32,000 nt of DNA. Origin: Candidatus Poseidoniaceae archaeon (lineage in GTDB: Archaea > Thermoplasmatota > Poseidoniia > Poseidoniales > Poseidoniaceae). Below, one piece after another: positions 8,763 to 17,367 of this stretch; positions within the stretch are counted from its first letter, which is position 1, and every line of letters starts with the position of its first letter. The stretch covers positions 540,001-572,000 of the forward strand of contig CALSTM010000002.1 of NCBI GenBank assembly GCA_943789275.1. The letters run 5' to 3'. The notes under the pieces are model-generated. The model worked only from the letters and a program-made list of their open reading frames with translations, searched no databases and had not been told where the DNA came from. The position numbers were made by a program, and so were the translations under genes.

Positions 8763-9425
8763 ATGCCTCTGCTTGCCCAATGGGTACGACAACGACCATG
8801 GTTGTCTGCTGGATTGGTCGGTGCTGCCGGAGGTGTTGTGGGTATTGCAAGCGGTGTTGCTGCGGCTGCTACAGCGGTTGGCGCTCTTGCCGTGGGCAGT
8901 GTTTCAAGTAAATCGCGAACGTATGAACATCCCTTGCGTCAAAGAATTTTATCCACCCTGGAGCAACATCCGGGATTGTGTTACCGAGAACTCCAGTCAA
9001 CCCTCAATGCTGCGAACGGAACGCTTCGGCATCACCTTGATGTACTGCAAACGGGAAGAAGCGTCACCGTCCTACCAGTGAACGGAAGAACCTGTTACTT
9101 TGCAGGAGCGCCAAGTCAGGTCGAAATCCTCCGTGGGATTGCTGTGACCGAAGAACGGGCCGCCACAGCGCTTCCAATTGGCCTTTCTCTGGTCCAAAAA
9201 CTCATCATTGAAGACATCAAAAAAGAGGGTGTACCTCGTTCACAAGCAGCACTTGCTCGAAGAATCGGCCGTTCACGAGCGACCGTTCATTCAGCGATCA
9301 AAGTCCTACGTCGCCGAGGTATATTGCGCGAGGACCGAATCGAAATGATGCCCCATATCGATATGGAAATAGAGTGGCACGGCTCGAAAGGCGTTGATTA
9401 CGACTGGCACGACGAGCGAAGATAG
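8763..9425 (+). CDS. membrane-tethered double HTH (ArsR-like wHTH) regulator
   Basis: ATG at 8763. N-terminal Gly/Ala-zipper hydrophobic helix (GLVGAAGGVVGIASGVAAAATAVGALAVG). Then RQRILSTLEQHPGLCYRELQSTLNAANGTLRHHLDVLQTG (ArsR-like) and a second HTH SQAALARRIGRSRATVHSAIKVLRRRGIL. Confidence 0.65.
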   Translation: MPLLAQWVRQRPWLSAGLVGAAGGVVGIASGVAAAATAVGALAVGSVSSKSRTYEHPLRQRILSTLEQHPGLCYRELQSTLNAANGTLRHHLDVLQTGRSVTVLPVNGRTCYFAGAPSQVEILRGIAVTEERAATALPIGLSLVQKLIIEDIKKEGVPRSQAALARRIGRSRATVHSAIKVLRRRGILREDRIEMMPHIDMEIEWHGSKGVDYDWHDERR

Positions 9426-9504
9426 GCGCTCTATTTTTCGTCGCTTGAGAGACAAATAATCCACAGCCTTCAAAGACCTTCGACAGAAACGAAGGCTGAG
9501 TGTC

Positions 9505-10617
9505 ATGTTTAGCGTCCGATTATCGGAAATCTCGTTGCCAGCGAGTGAACGTGATTTAGACAACCTCGTTGGATGGTTCATCGAGACGCTCTGTCTTGTT
9601 CGAAAGCGTGGTGAGGCGACTGCAGACTTCGGAAGGGCTGGACCTGTACATCGTCTGTTGAAGGAATACTTGTTTGCACAACCCGAAATCAGTTGGGATG
9701 CAAAAATGCTCGCTGAGGAATTAGCACTTACCCCCGCCTCCCTAAACCACCATCTCACCCGCTTGGTCGAAGCTGGTATCATCGGTTTCTCAAACGAAGG
9801 CAAAGGATGGCGGCGCTACTACCTCCGAGGGGGCTCTCTCACGAACGCTGTTGAGTTCTTTACTCTCCAATGTGAAACCATCGTCAAACAACGCATGGCG
9901 CTCCTTGATATGCATTGGAACAGAAACGAACCGTCGCCTTTACCAAAGACGACTCCATCAGAAACCCCTCCGCTAACCATCGGTATTGTCGACCACCGAC
10001 CGCTGTTTTCCGACAGCCAAGAAAGCCCTCTTTCGCAATGGATGGGCGATTTCGGACTGCTTGGAGAACGTCCAGGGAAAGAAGCACATGCCGAGTCGAT
10101 CTCGGTACAATTGTTTGAAATTTTACTCAACAGAGATTTGCCCCTTTCACTCGATGAGGCTGAGGAGTTACTCGATGACCAAAAACCACGACTGGGGAGA
10201 ATACTTGAGCGTTTTCGAACCACTGGAATGGTCCAGAGAGTGCCCCGCATTGACCGACTAAGCGTCGCTTTGTGGACTGCAATGACTGCACAACATCAGC
10301 GTCGAGGTGAAGATTGGATGCTCAAGAAAGGTGGATTTCAGCGTATCCTCAACACCAAGCAACAATCCTCACTCCTTTCGCAAATGAAGGCTGGAAAATT
10401 GAAAATTGAGGATGTTGAAAAAAGCATGCAGGGCCACTCATCAGAAGAACAAATGTTGTTGCTCAATTTACTTGGAGGAAGACTTCCTCTGGGCCACCAA
10501 ATGTGTGGATATTCATCCGCCGAGGTTCATCGCGAAATCGCCGCTCGTATCGATAAGATTCTACGCCGTATGAGGAGAGTAGCTCAGTTATACGAACAGG
10601 AAATGCATCCTGAGTAA
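9505..10617 (+). CDS. ArsR-like winged-helix protein with a large uncharacterised C-terminal region
   Basis: ATG at 9505. AKMLAEELALTPASLNHHLTRLVEAGIIGFSNEGKGWRRYYL is an ArsR/SmtB-type recognition helix plus wing. A possible second wHTH lies around SLDEAEELLDDQKPRLGRILERFRTTGMVQRV. The rest is not recognised. Confidence 0.6.
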   Translation: MFSVRLSEISLPASERDLDNLVGWFIETLCLVRKRGEATADFGRAGPVHRLLKEYLFAQPEISWDAKMLAEELALTPASLNHHLTRLVEAGIIGFSNEGKGWRRYYLRGGSLTNAVEFFTLQCETIVKQRMALLDMHWNRNEPSPLPKTTPSETPPLTIGIVDHRPLFSDSQESPLSQWMGDFGLLGERPGKEAHAESISVQLFEILLNRDLPLSLDEAEELLDDQKPRLGRILERFRTTGMVQRVPRIDRLSVALWTAMTAQHQRRGEDWMLKKGGFQRILNTKQQSSLLSQMKAGKLKIEDVEKSMQGHSSEEQMLLLNLLGGRLPLGHQMCGYSSAEVHREIAARIDKILRRMRRVAQLYEQEMHPE

Positions 10618-10654
10618 ACGGCCAGTCAAAGAAAAGGGGTCGAAAGGTGAGAAC

Positions 10655-11683
10655 ATGAGCGTACATATCGGTGCAAAACCCGGCACGTGGGAAGGCGAAT
10701 CCCGCCTTCTGTTTCTCGCTCCGATGGCCGGAGTTTCGGACCTCCCCTTCCGATTACTCGCCAAAGATTGTGGTGCTGATGTCACGATTACTGAATTTAC
10801 CAACAGTACCGCACTTTCTCGGGAAGCAGCCATGTCGTGGAGGAAAATGGAATCGCATGAGAAAGAAGTTCCATTTATCCCTCAAATTTTTGGAGGTGAT
10901 GCGGGAGACATGGCCACTGCTGCAGAAATGCTTTCAGCAAGCGCAGACATTATCGATCTCAATTTTGGTTGCCCTGCTCCAAAAGTTACCAAAATTTGTG
11001 CAGGTGCAGCATTGATGGGTGAACCGGACAACTTGGTTTCGATGGTCGATGGAATCATTCAACGAGTGGATATTCCCGTCACTGCAAAGATGCGACTGGG
11101 TACAGGTCAAGGAGCAAACAACGCCTTGGAGATTTGTAAAGAACTTGAGAACATCGGGACTTCACGCCTTTGCGTTCACGGACGTACCCTTCGACAGCGA
11201 TATTCTGGTGAGGCAGATTGGAGTGAGATTAAACGCATCGTAGAGGCGGTAGAAGTACCGGTCATTGCCAACGGTGACGTTGTCGATGCTGAGAGCGCTC
11301 GATTATGCCTTGAGACAACGCATGCTGCAGGACTGATGATTGGCAGAGGTGCCATCGGCCGACCGTCAATATTCGGCGACATCAAAGTAGGACTTGGATG
11401 GATGAAAGAAGAGGATTTGCCGTGGATCAACGAACTTGGTGATGAATGGTATGAACGCTCTCCTGTAGGGAGGGCTTTCGCTACCCGCAAATGGTGCTGG
11501 GACAAATACATCGATTATTCCCATCAAAGCGTGGGCTTACAGCCTCGATGGATGCAACGGCATGCTGTAGCATTCACCAAAGGTCTACCTGGTGCGAAGA
11601 AAATTAGAAACTTAATGCATGGTGCTCCAACACCGGAAGCATTCGCTGACGCCATATCGACGTTCTTAGCATCAAACGAATAG
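10655..11683 (+). CDS. dus: tRNA-dihydrouridine synthase
   Basis: ATG at 10655 preceded by AGGTGA 4 nt upstream. LAPMAGVSDLPFRLL, DLNFGCPAPKV (catalytic Cys), VHGRTLRQRYSGEADW, VIANGDV, LMIGRGAIGRPSIF. Confidence 0.85.
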   Translation: MSVHIGAKPGTWEGESRLLFLAPMAGVSDLPFRLLAKDCGADVTITEFTNSTALSREAAMSWRKMESHEKEVPFIPQIFGGDAGDMATAAEMLSASADIIDLNFGCPAPKVTKICAGAALMGEPDNLVSMVDGIIQRVDIPVTAKMRLGTGQGANNALEICKELENIGTSRLCVHGRTLRQRYSGEADWSEIKRIVEAVEVPVIANGDVVDAESARLCLETTHAAGLMIGRGAIGRPSIFGDIKVGLGWMKEEDLPWINELGDEWYERSPVGRAFATRKWCWDKYIDYSHQSVGLQPRWMQRHAVAFTKGLPGAKKIRNLMHGAPTPEAFADAISTFLASNE

Positions 11684-11721
11684 AGGCTTGAAACTGCTGC
11701 TGCAGTGTTGTCAAGAAGTAC

Positions 11722-12336
11722 TCAGAAGGTGGATTGCCAGTCTTCCAAGTCTTGAGAAGCAGCCCAGTCTTCATCGGTCATTTGACCACGAGCCTTGAGA
11801 ACTTCACGAGCGAGGAGCCAGTAAATGAATGCGAGAGAACGACGACCTTTGTTGTTCGCTGGTAGAGCGACATCGACGTTTCGAAGGTTGTTGTTTGCAT
11901 CAACAATTCCGACAATTGGCAAACCAGAGTTTACTGCTTCACGAAGTGCTTGTTGGTCAGCCGCTGGGTCGGTCACGAAAAGGACATCAGGTTCAACGTA
12001 TGAGCGGAGAACCGGGTTGGTCAAGGAACCGGGGATAAAACGGCCTACTGCAGAGTTTGCTCCAATTGCTTCAGAGAAGAGACGAGCAGGGCGTTGGCCG
12101 TATTGACGAGCAGAGACGACCATGATTCGTCCTGCCTCGTACTTGTTGAGGAATTGTGCGATGGAGCGAATTCGTGAATCGGTCATGTTGACGTCAAGCA
12201 GATACAATCCGTCTTCACGAACGCGTTCAATGAAACGAGCCATGTCTGCACTCTTCTGTTGAGTACCAATGTTGACTGCGTTCTCTTCATACGATTCGAA
12301 GGGCAAGAGTAAGTTCGATTCTTCGGACATGGTCAT
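11722..12336 (-). CDS. rps2: 30S ribosomal protein uS2
   Basis: Archaeal/eukaryotic-type S2: IGTQQKSADMARFIERVREDGLYLLDV, GRFIPGSLTNP, DVLFVTDPAADQQALREA, GLPIVGIVDANNNLRNVDVALPANNKGRRSL. ATG at 12336 or 12330. Confidence 0.9.
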   Translation of the reverse strand: MTMSEESNLLLPFESYEENAVNIGTQQKSADMARFIERVREDGLYLLDVNMTDSRIRSIAQFLNKYEAGRIMVVSARQYGQRPARLFSEAIGANSAVGRFIPGSLTNPVLRSYVEPDVLFVTDPAADQQALREAVNSGLPIVGIVDANNNLRNVDVALPANNKGRRSLAFIYWLLAREVLKARGQMTDEDWAASQDLEDWQSTF

Positions 12337-12364
12337 TCCTCAGCAGTCGTCCGACTTGGACTCC

Positions 12365-12372
12365 ATATTAAA
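12365..12372 (-). promoter_or_regulatory. TATA-box-like element (TTTAATAT on minus strand) upstream of rps2
   Basis: Centred about 32 nt upstream of the rps2 ATG at 12336, in the divergent 152-bp intergenic region. The spacing fits a very short leader. Confidence 0.3.
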
Positions 12373-12488
12373 GCGGTTCGTAGAGACGCGGAATGAAATT
12401 GTACCCAACCTTTGTCTGATTTGGACGGGATTGCCTAGGAAGAACTCAAGTGGTAAAGCCAAAGTGTTCATGGAGAGGGGGTTTGAAC

Positions 12489-13667
12489 ATGACTGCGAGT
12501 AACGAGCAAACCGAGGGACTGAGTGCAACTCGTTCCGAAGATGGAGTTTGGCGTAACCCAGAAGGAGTCGCTCTGCCGGTGAGCGCCAGTGATTTAGAAC
12601 GCCACGAATACTGTCCACTTTCATGGTCGTTGTCCCGACAAGGTAATTCTGGACAGGGTGAAGCCATCGTCGCCGGAATCAAAAGACACGCTGAAATTCA
12701 CACCCAAATGAAAGACTTTCAAGCCGTTCAAACGCAAATGCGGCGTTCTGTCACCATTTGGACGTGGTGGTTCTCCGTAATCATTGCATTATCGATTGAT
12801 GCTGTGGCGTTCAATTACATTGACGATGTGATCACTCCACTCTACATGGCACGATACCTCGCCTTGTGGAGCGTTACCACCCTCATTGCTGGACTGATTG
12901 CCATTTCGGTCCCATGGCGTTCATGGATTGGTATCAACGAAACCGTGCCTCGACAGAAAACGAAGTTTCTGGAAGAACGTGATGACCTGCAACAATTCTG
13001 GGAACCTAAAGGATTCATCGGTGGATGGTTTGAAGCAGGAAGAGTCGAAGCGAGTTTACTGTTCGGTTCTATTGTCCTAGGGCTTCATGCCATCGCTCTT
13101 GCCGCTGCAGACAACAGAGACCAAGCGACGTTTATTCTGTTCATCACTGCAATGACTTGGACGCTGGCAGCATCATGGCAACTTCAGCGAGTTTTGCTTT
13201 CGGACACAGCCCTTCAAACGATGAAGAAAGACATTGACATTGAGGCAGATGCTGAAATCGCCTACTCCGACAATGATGTTGACTCAAATCTCCTCATTGA
13301 TGAAAAATTAGGGTTGCGAGGCAGGCCCGATCAGATTGTCATTGTCGACGGTGAATTTATTCCAGTCGAACAGAAGACCGGTAAAGTCCCTAAGAATCCA
13401 CATTCCAGTCACCGAATGCAGTTGCTTGCATACCTACATTTGGTGGAAAAAAGCACGAGCAAAAGCTCACCGTACGGCGTTTTGCGGTACGGCAGCGAAA
13501 ACTTGCATCAGATTCCTTGGACAGTGAATGCCAAAAAGGAACTTCGTGAAGCGGTATCTGAGATTCAGCGGCTTATGGTTGAAGGTGGAGCAGTACGAAA
13601 TCATGAGCGGCCCGGGAAGTGCAGAAATTGCTCTCGACGATACGCATGCGATGATTCCCTTGTATGA
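12489..13667 (+). CDS. Cas4/DUF83-like PD-(D/E)XK Fe-S nuclease with an internal 4-TM insertion
   Basis: I prefer ATG at 12489 (GGAGAGGGGG upstream) to the track's GTG at 12450. Numbering from that ATG: C42 (HEYCPLSW), GIKRHAEIH, D281 (GRPD), E294-x-K296 (VEQK), Q311xxxY315 (QLLAY), C378-x2-C381-x5-C387. Residues about 88-236 form four hydrophobic helices. Confidence 0.7.
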   Translation: MTASNEQTEGLSATRSEDGVWRNPEGVALPVSASDLERHEYCPLSWSLSRQGNSGQGEAIVAGIKRHAEIHTQMKDFQAVQTQMRRSVTIWTWWFSVIIALSIDAVAFNYIDDVITPLYMARYLALWSVTTLIAGLIAISVPWRSWIGINETVPRQKTKFLEERDDLQQFWEPKGFIGGWFEAGRVEASLLFGSIVLGLHAIALAAADNRDQATFILFITAMTWTLAASWQLQRVLLSDTALQTMKKDIDIEADAEIAYSDNDVDSNLLIDEKLGLRGRPDQIVIVDGEFIPVEQKTGKVPKNPHSSHRMQLLAYLHLVEKSTSKSSPYGVLRYGSENLHQIPWTVNAKKELREAVSEIQRLMVEGGAVRNHERPGKCRNCSRRYACDDSLV

Positions 13668-13668
13668 C

Positions 13669-14226
13669 TCATTCACAAACGTCTTCCAATGGGTAGGTCA
13701 AACAGGTACGCGTGACGATGACATTAATTTCGAAATTGTCTTGCAGAGCGGTGTTTTGCAACCCTCCGCCTCGTGCGTTAATATCTAATCGCCAATTTCC
13801 GCTTTCAAAGGTAGTAGAGCCCTCTTCCATGAGAAGCGGGTCAGTCGATGCACCGAGGTCTTCGCACACATCGATGGACCAAGCGAGTGTATTGGATGGA
13901 GTATACAGTTCTGCTCGGACATAGCGGGTGAAACTCTCAAAACAACCAATGTCTTCAGTTCCGGTTATTTGCACCTTCCTGTAAATTGAAATTTCATTGA
14001 CGGAATCATCAATGGGGATGAACGTTGAGTTGGTGTATCCTTCCCATTCAAACAGGTTATAGAATACCTTGATTTCTTTGTAACTGGTTGTTTCAGTATT
14101 AAATTCCGGAGCCTCTCTCCCGTTTTCCAAAAACTCTCTTGATTGGAGAAGTCCCAAACATCCTGATGATGAACCAAGAACGATGGTCATGGCCAACAAA
14201 ATAGGCATGCTCCAACGGCTCTTCAT
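13669..14226 (-). CDS. secreted/lipoprotein-like hypothetical protein
   Basis: I prefer ATG at 14226 (MKSRWSMPILLAMTIVLGSSSGC: signal peptide ending in an imperfect lipobox-like SSGC). The mature part is beta-rich with 4 further Cys. No family recognised. Confidence 0.55.
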   Translation of the reverse strand: MKSRWSMPILLAMTIVLGSSSGCLGLLQSREFLENGREAPEFNTETTSYKEIKVFYNLFEWEGYTNSTFIPIDDSVNEISIYRKVQITGTEDIGCFESFTRYVRAELYTPSNTLAWSIDVCEDLGASTDPLLMEEGSTTFESGNWRLDINARGGGLQNTALQDNFEINVIVTRTCLTYPLEDVCE

Positions 14227-14373
14227 CGGTTTGCCCAAGTGCGCCCTACATATCAATACAATGCCGAAATGATACGAGGGTTTGAAACCTGAGAGATGCA
14301 GCACTCCTTGTCCGAATGACGCTTGCGGTTGCCGAGCACCTGCAATGACGAACCCTATGAAAGCCGACGGACA

Positions 14374-17175
14374 TCACTCGAACTTCGCACCGCAGGTTCC
14401 ACATTCTGTTGCTTCCACAGCCAGATCTGCACCGCACGCACCGCACTCAGCAACATCAGATTTGGACTCTTCAGCTGCCTTGCGTCGAGCGCCTCTTCGG
14501 CGTGCTGGCTTGTCTGCCTTTGGCGTTAATTCATCAATCTTAGAAAGTGGCTTTTCGTCGTCGATAACGGTGAAGTCGGAAGTCGTTTCAGAAACTTCGT
14601 TTCCAGCAAATGCTGAATCTGAAAGTTGCATTCCAACATTGACCTTGTCTCCTGGCATAATTCCGTCTTCACCGGTAATCTCGTACAGGCGTCCTCGAAT
14701 GTCTGCATCGCTTGCAGAGAGGTCTTTTCCATCGTCTTTGTGAGAAATTAGTTCACCCTTCGAAGCCAAAATCGCATCGATGTCATTGGTACTTTCCGTC
14801 AAGTCTTTCATGCTCTTGAGGGTTGTAGTGACCGTGTTCTGATAGGCCTCCAATTCCTCTTCTGTCATGTCTTCACGCAGAAGATCTTCAGCGTTTCGAC
14901 GGTCATAGGCTGCCTCAACTTCAGCTTCAGCAGAAACAATGTTTTCATCCCATTCATCCTCGAGTTGATCTTCATCAAATCCAAACTCCTTGACTGCTTG
15001 TGCAAAGTTCTCAGTTCCAGTCACGATGGCATCTTCGTCAATTTCCTCTGGTAAAGCCACCGTTTCTTTGACCGACCGTTCCTTTCGCTCGCGCTTCTCA
15101 AAGTAAGAGGATACATCTTGCTCTGCACCACAATAAACGCAGTTATCGAGCAAGTCAGGTATCGACTCACCGCACTCGTTGCAATCGTGGAATTGTTTTC
15201 TTGCCTTTTTGAGGTTGAAGGAACAATGAGGACATCGGTCTTCGTCACCTTCAAGTTCGCCGTCGCATGCTGGACAGTACTCGAAAATGTCACGCTCAAC
15301 TTCATCTTCAGACTCCCGAGTCAAGAACACTGAGATGGCAAGAATAGCAATCAAGATGAAGGCTACGATACCAATCAAAGTGAATGTCCCAAGTTCTGAA
15401 TTGGAATTCATGTCCTCAAGGTCTTCTCCACTCAATACCGTGGAAAAAGTTCGAGTGAAGGTGTTGGAAACGGTGGGGTCCGAGGGGACCAAACGAACGA
15501 CGGTTGATGGGGCAACGGCCGTAAAGTCACACTCAACGGTGACCTTATCTCCGAGGTTCATCACTTCAGCATTCATCGTGCTGAGAATTTCATCGTTGCC
15601 ATCAACACAATCGTAAGCAATTGAACCGGTAGCTGTGCTGGTCAAATCTATGCTAAGAGAATACTCAACGCCTTGCGTCATTGGGAGGGCAAAAGCTGAA
15701 CCTTCAGAATCGGTCACTTCGAGTGTTGCGAGAGCCCAATTAAGGCGTAATTCTGCTTCAACGGAGACCATGCCTGTTGCAACGCTGTTCAAGGGGTTTG
15801 AATCCCAACTGTTGGCAGAGGCGACCCATTGTGCTTCAAAGTCAGCCTCATGTGCACCGATTGAAGTTGTTAATTCGATGACCCATGTGAAATCCTGACC
15901 TGAATCAAGATAGATGACTGGAGAAGTTTCCGTCGTTCCTTCCCACGTGTAATGCAAACGGCCGGAAACTCGGATGTCGCCGGTATTGATCATGCTAACG
16001 CGCCATTCGACTGAATCTCCAGAATTCACCGATGGAGAAGAAGCAATAGCGTTGGAATCAACGAAAACATCTGGAACCTCGAACTTGGAAAGCGTAGAGG
16101 ATACCTCATCGTTCTCGGTTGATTCCTGTGTGAATGCAGCATTCGAGAACGGATCAATCTTGGCCGTGATGGTGTGGGTTCCGGCCGACAATCCATCGAG
16201 TTCAGCAGCCGTAATGGAATGGCTCCATGTGGATTCAGCATACCCGGTACCGCTCAGCGATACACTGAATGGAGCAGTGGTGACCAGTTGCCCGGTTGCG
16301 GATGTAATTTGAAGCCACATCGGCACTTCAGATACACCAGTTCCGTTGGTTCGACCCAGTTTCCCAGACACAACCCAAGGGCCCTGTAGAGCACCATCAG
16401 CAATTTCTACGCCCAATTCTCCGACATGGAAGACATCCATTCGTGTATCGACTGTAAACGGTACCTCGACCACTTTATTGAACTCAGATGATTCCTGAAC
16501 TGCATCTTGGTAATCTGGTGTCACATAGAGGGTGTGGGAGCCACTTTCTGGAGCTGTGAACGTCGTGTTAACCCATTCTGTTGCTCCTGCAGCGAGAGGT
16601 GGAGTAACGAGTTCTTGGTCACTCGCACCAGGGAAGTCGATGTGGAGGGTGCTTGCAACTGCAGGCTCACTGCCCACATTACGAACAAGCGAGGAAAGCG
16701 TTACTGTGTCACCGGAAAAAATTCCTGTTGAGGGGGTAAGTTCAGTTTGTGTTACTTTGAGGTTCGGAAGTCCTGTTACGGTAAAATCAACATAAAATTC
16801 AGCCACTGTTCCAGAACCTCGAGGATGTTGGAAGGTGATGTAAACTTCATGTTCGCCTTCGGTAAGACCACTCCAAACTGCAGAAACTGGAGCCGAAGTT
16901 TCCGTGTCTATGTCTACAGTCGCCTTTTTGATAAGCTGATCCGAGGAAATGAAATCACGATAAAACGAATATTCAACATCGGTTGCATAATTACCACTGT
17001 TGTACAATTGCAGGTTAATCGTGACCGAACCTCCTGCTACTGGATTGGATGGTTGAAGGGCAACCGTGCTCGGACTCGCTTGAATCGAACCGCTTTGTTC
17101 TGCCGATGCTGGCATCGGAACCGATGCGATACAAAGAAGAAGAATTGCCAATATCGGCTTCCACGCGCTTGCCAT
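14374..17175 (-). CDS. type I membrane cell-surface protein: signal peptide, multiple CARDB/Ig-like domains, one TM, acidic cytoplasmic tail with three zinc ribbons
   Basis: ATG at 17175 (MASAWKPILAILLLCIASVPMPASA); the track start is GTG at 17202. CARDB-like segments (NPVAGGSVTINLQLYNSGNYATDVEYSFY; GDTVTLSSLVRNVGSEPA; SGDSVEWRVSMINTGD). TM is LGTFTLIGIVAFILIAILAISVFLT. Zinc ribbons: CPACDG..CPHC, CNECGE..CVYCG, and C-terminal CGACGA..CGTCG. Confidence 0.75.
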   Translation of the reverse strand: MASAWKPILAILLLCIASVPMPASAEQSGSIQASPSTVALQPSNPVAGGSVTINLQLYNSGNYATDVEYSFYRDFISSDQLIKKATVDIDTETSAPVSAVWSGLTEGEHEVYITFQHPRGSGTVAEFYVDFTVTGLPNLKVTQTELTPSTGIFSGDTVTLSSLVRNVGSEPAVASTLHIDFPGASDQELVTPPLAAGATEWVNTTFTAPESGSHTLYVTPDYQDAVQESSEFNKVVEVPFTVDTRMDVFHVGELGVEIADGALQGPWVVSGKLGRTNGTGVSEVPMWLQITSATGQLVTTAPFSVSLSGTGYAESTWSHSITAAELDGLSAGTHTITAKIDPFSNAAFTQESTENDEVSSTLSKFEVPDVFVDSNAIASSPSVNSGDSVEWRVSMINTGDIRVSGRLHYTWEGTTETSPVIYLDSGQDFTWVIELTTSIGAHEADFEAQWVASANSWDSNPLNSVATGMVSVEAELRLNWALATLEVTDSEGSAFALPMTQGVEYSLSIDLTSTATGSIAYDCVDGNDEILSTMNAEVMNLGDKVTVECDFTAVAPSTVVRLVPSDPTVSNTFTRTFSTVLSGEDLEDMNSNSELGTFTLIGIVAFILIAILAISVFLTRESEDEVERDIFEYCPACDGELEGDEDRCPHCSFNLKKARKQFHDCNECGESIPDLLDNCVYCGAEQDVSSYFEKRERKERSVKETVALPEEIDEDAIVTGTENFAQAVKEFGFDEDQLEDEWDENIVSAEAEVEAAYDRRNAEDLLREDMTEEELEAYQNTVTTTLKSMKDLTESTNDIDAILASKGELISHKDDGKDLSASDADIRGRLYEITGEDGIMPGDKVNVGMQLSDSAFAGNEVSETTSDFTVIDDEKPLSKIDELTPKADKPARRRGARRKAAEESKSDVAECGACGADLAVEATECGTCGAKFE

Positions 17176-17367
17176 GTAGGTAATCGACAACCTGCGGAGC
17201 ACTTGAACCCATCTCTATGAGCCACGAAAAAAACCGCATCAAGGCTGAGATTTGTCAACTCCACATGGTCCTTTGACCGTTGACAATAAGAAGACGCCAA
17301 GCATTTGCCAACAAAACGGCCCCTACGAAGGGGAGCATTCAAGGATAACCGCACCCGTCACAGCACC

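Noticed and set aside
9306-9803. 165-aa minus-strand ORF spanning two regulator genes
   Set aside because: It is antisense to two plus-strand ORFs with clear wHTH motifs. The translation has no recognisable domain.
11684-11721. Small hairpin ACTGC-tgct-GCAGT between convergent dus and rps2
   Set aside because: The stem is only 5 bp with no adjacent T-run on either strand. This is too weak to annotate as a bidirectional terminator.
12337-13700. Searched around the Cas4-like gene for a CRISPR array or other cas genes
   Set aside because: No regularly spaced direct repeats and no Cas1/Cas2-like ORFs anywhere in the window. The gene is a solo Cas4-family member.
14227-14373. Possible C/D-box sRNA (ATGATA ... 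CTGA) in the intergenic region
   Set aside because: The box sequences deviate from RUGAUGA/CUGA, the spacing is too short, and there is no terminal stem or second box pair.
14282-14743. 153-aa plus-strand ORF
   Set aside because: It overlaps the 3' end of the 933-aa surface protein gene antisense. It has no recognisable features, whereas the minus frame encodes clear zinc-ribbon motifs.
17176-17202. Possible twin-arginine (Tat) signal MLRRLSIT if the GTG at 17202 is used
   Set aside because: RRLS is a poor match to S/T-RR-x-F-L-K, and the hydrophobic core starts too far downstream. ATG at 17175 gives a standard Sec-type signal peptide.
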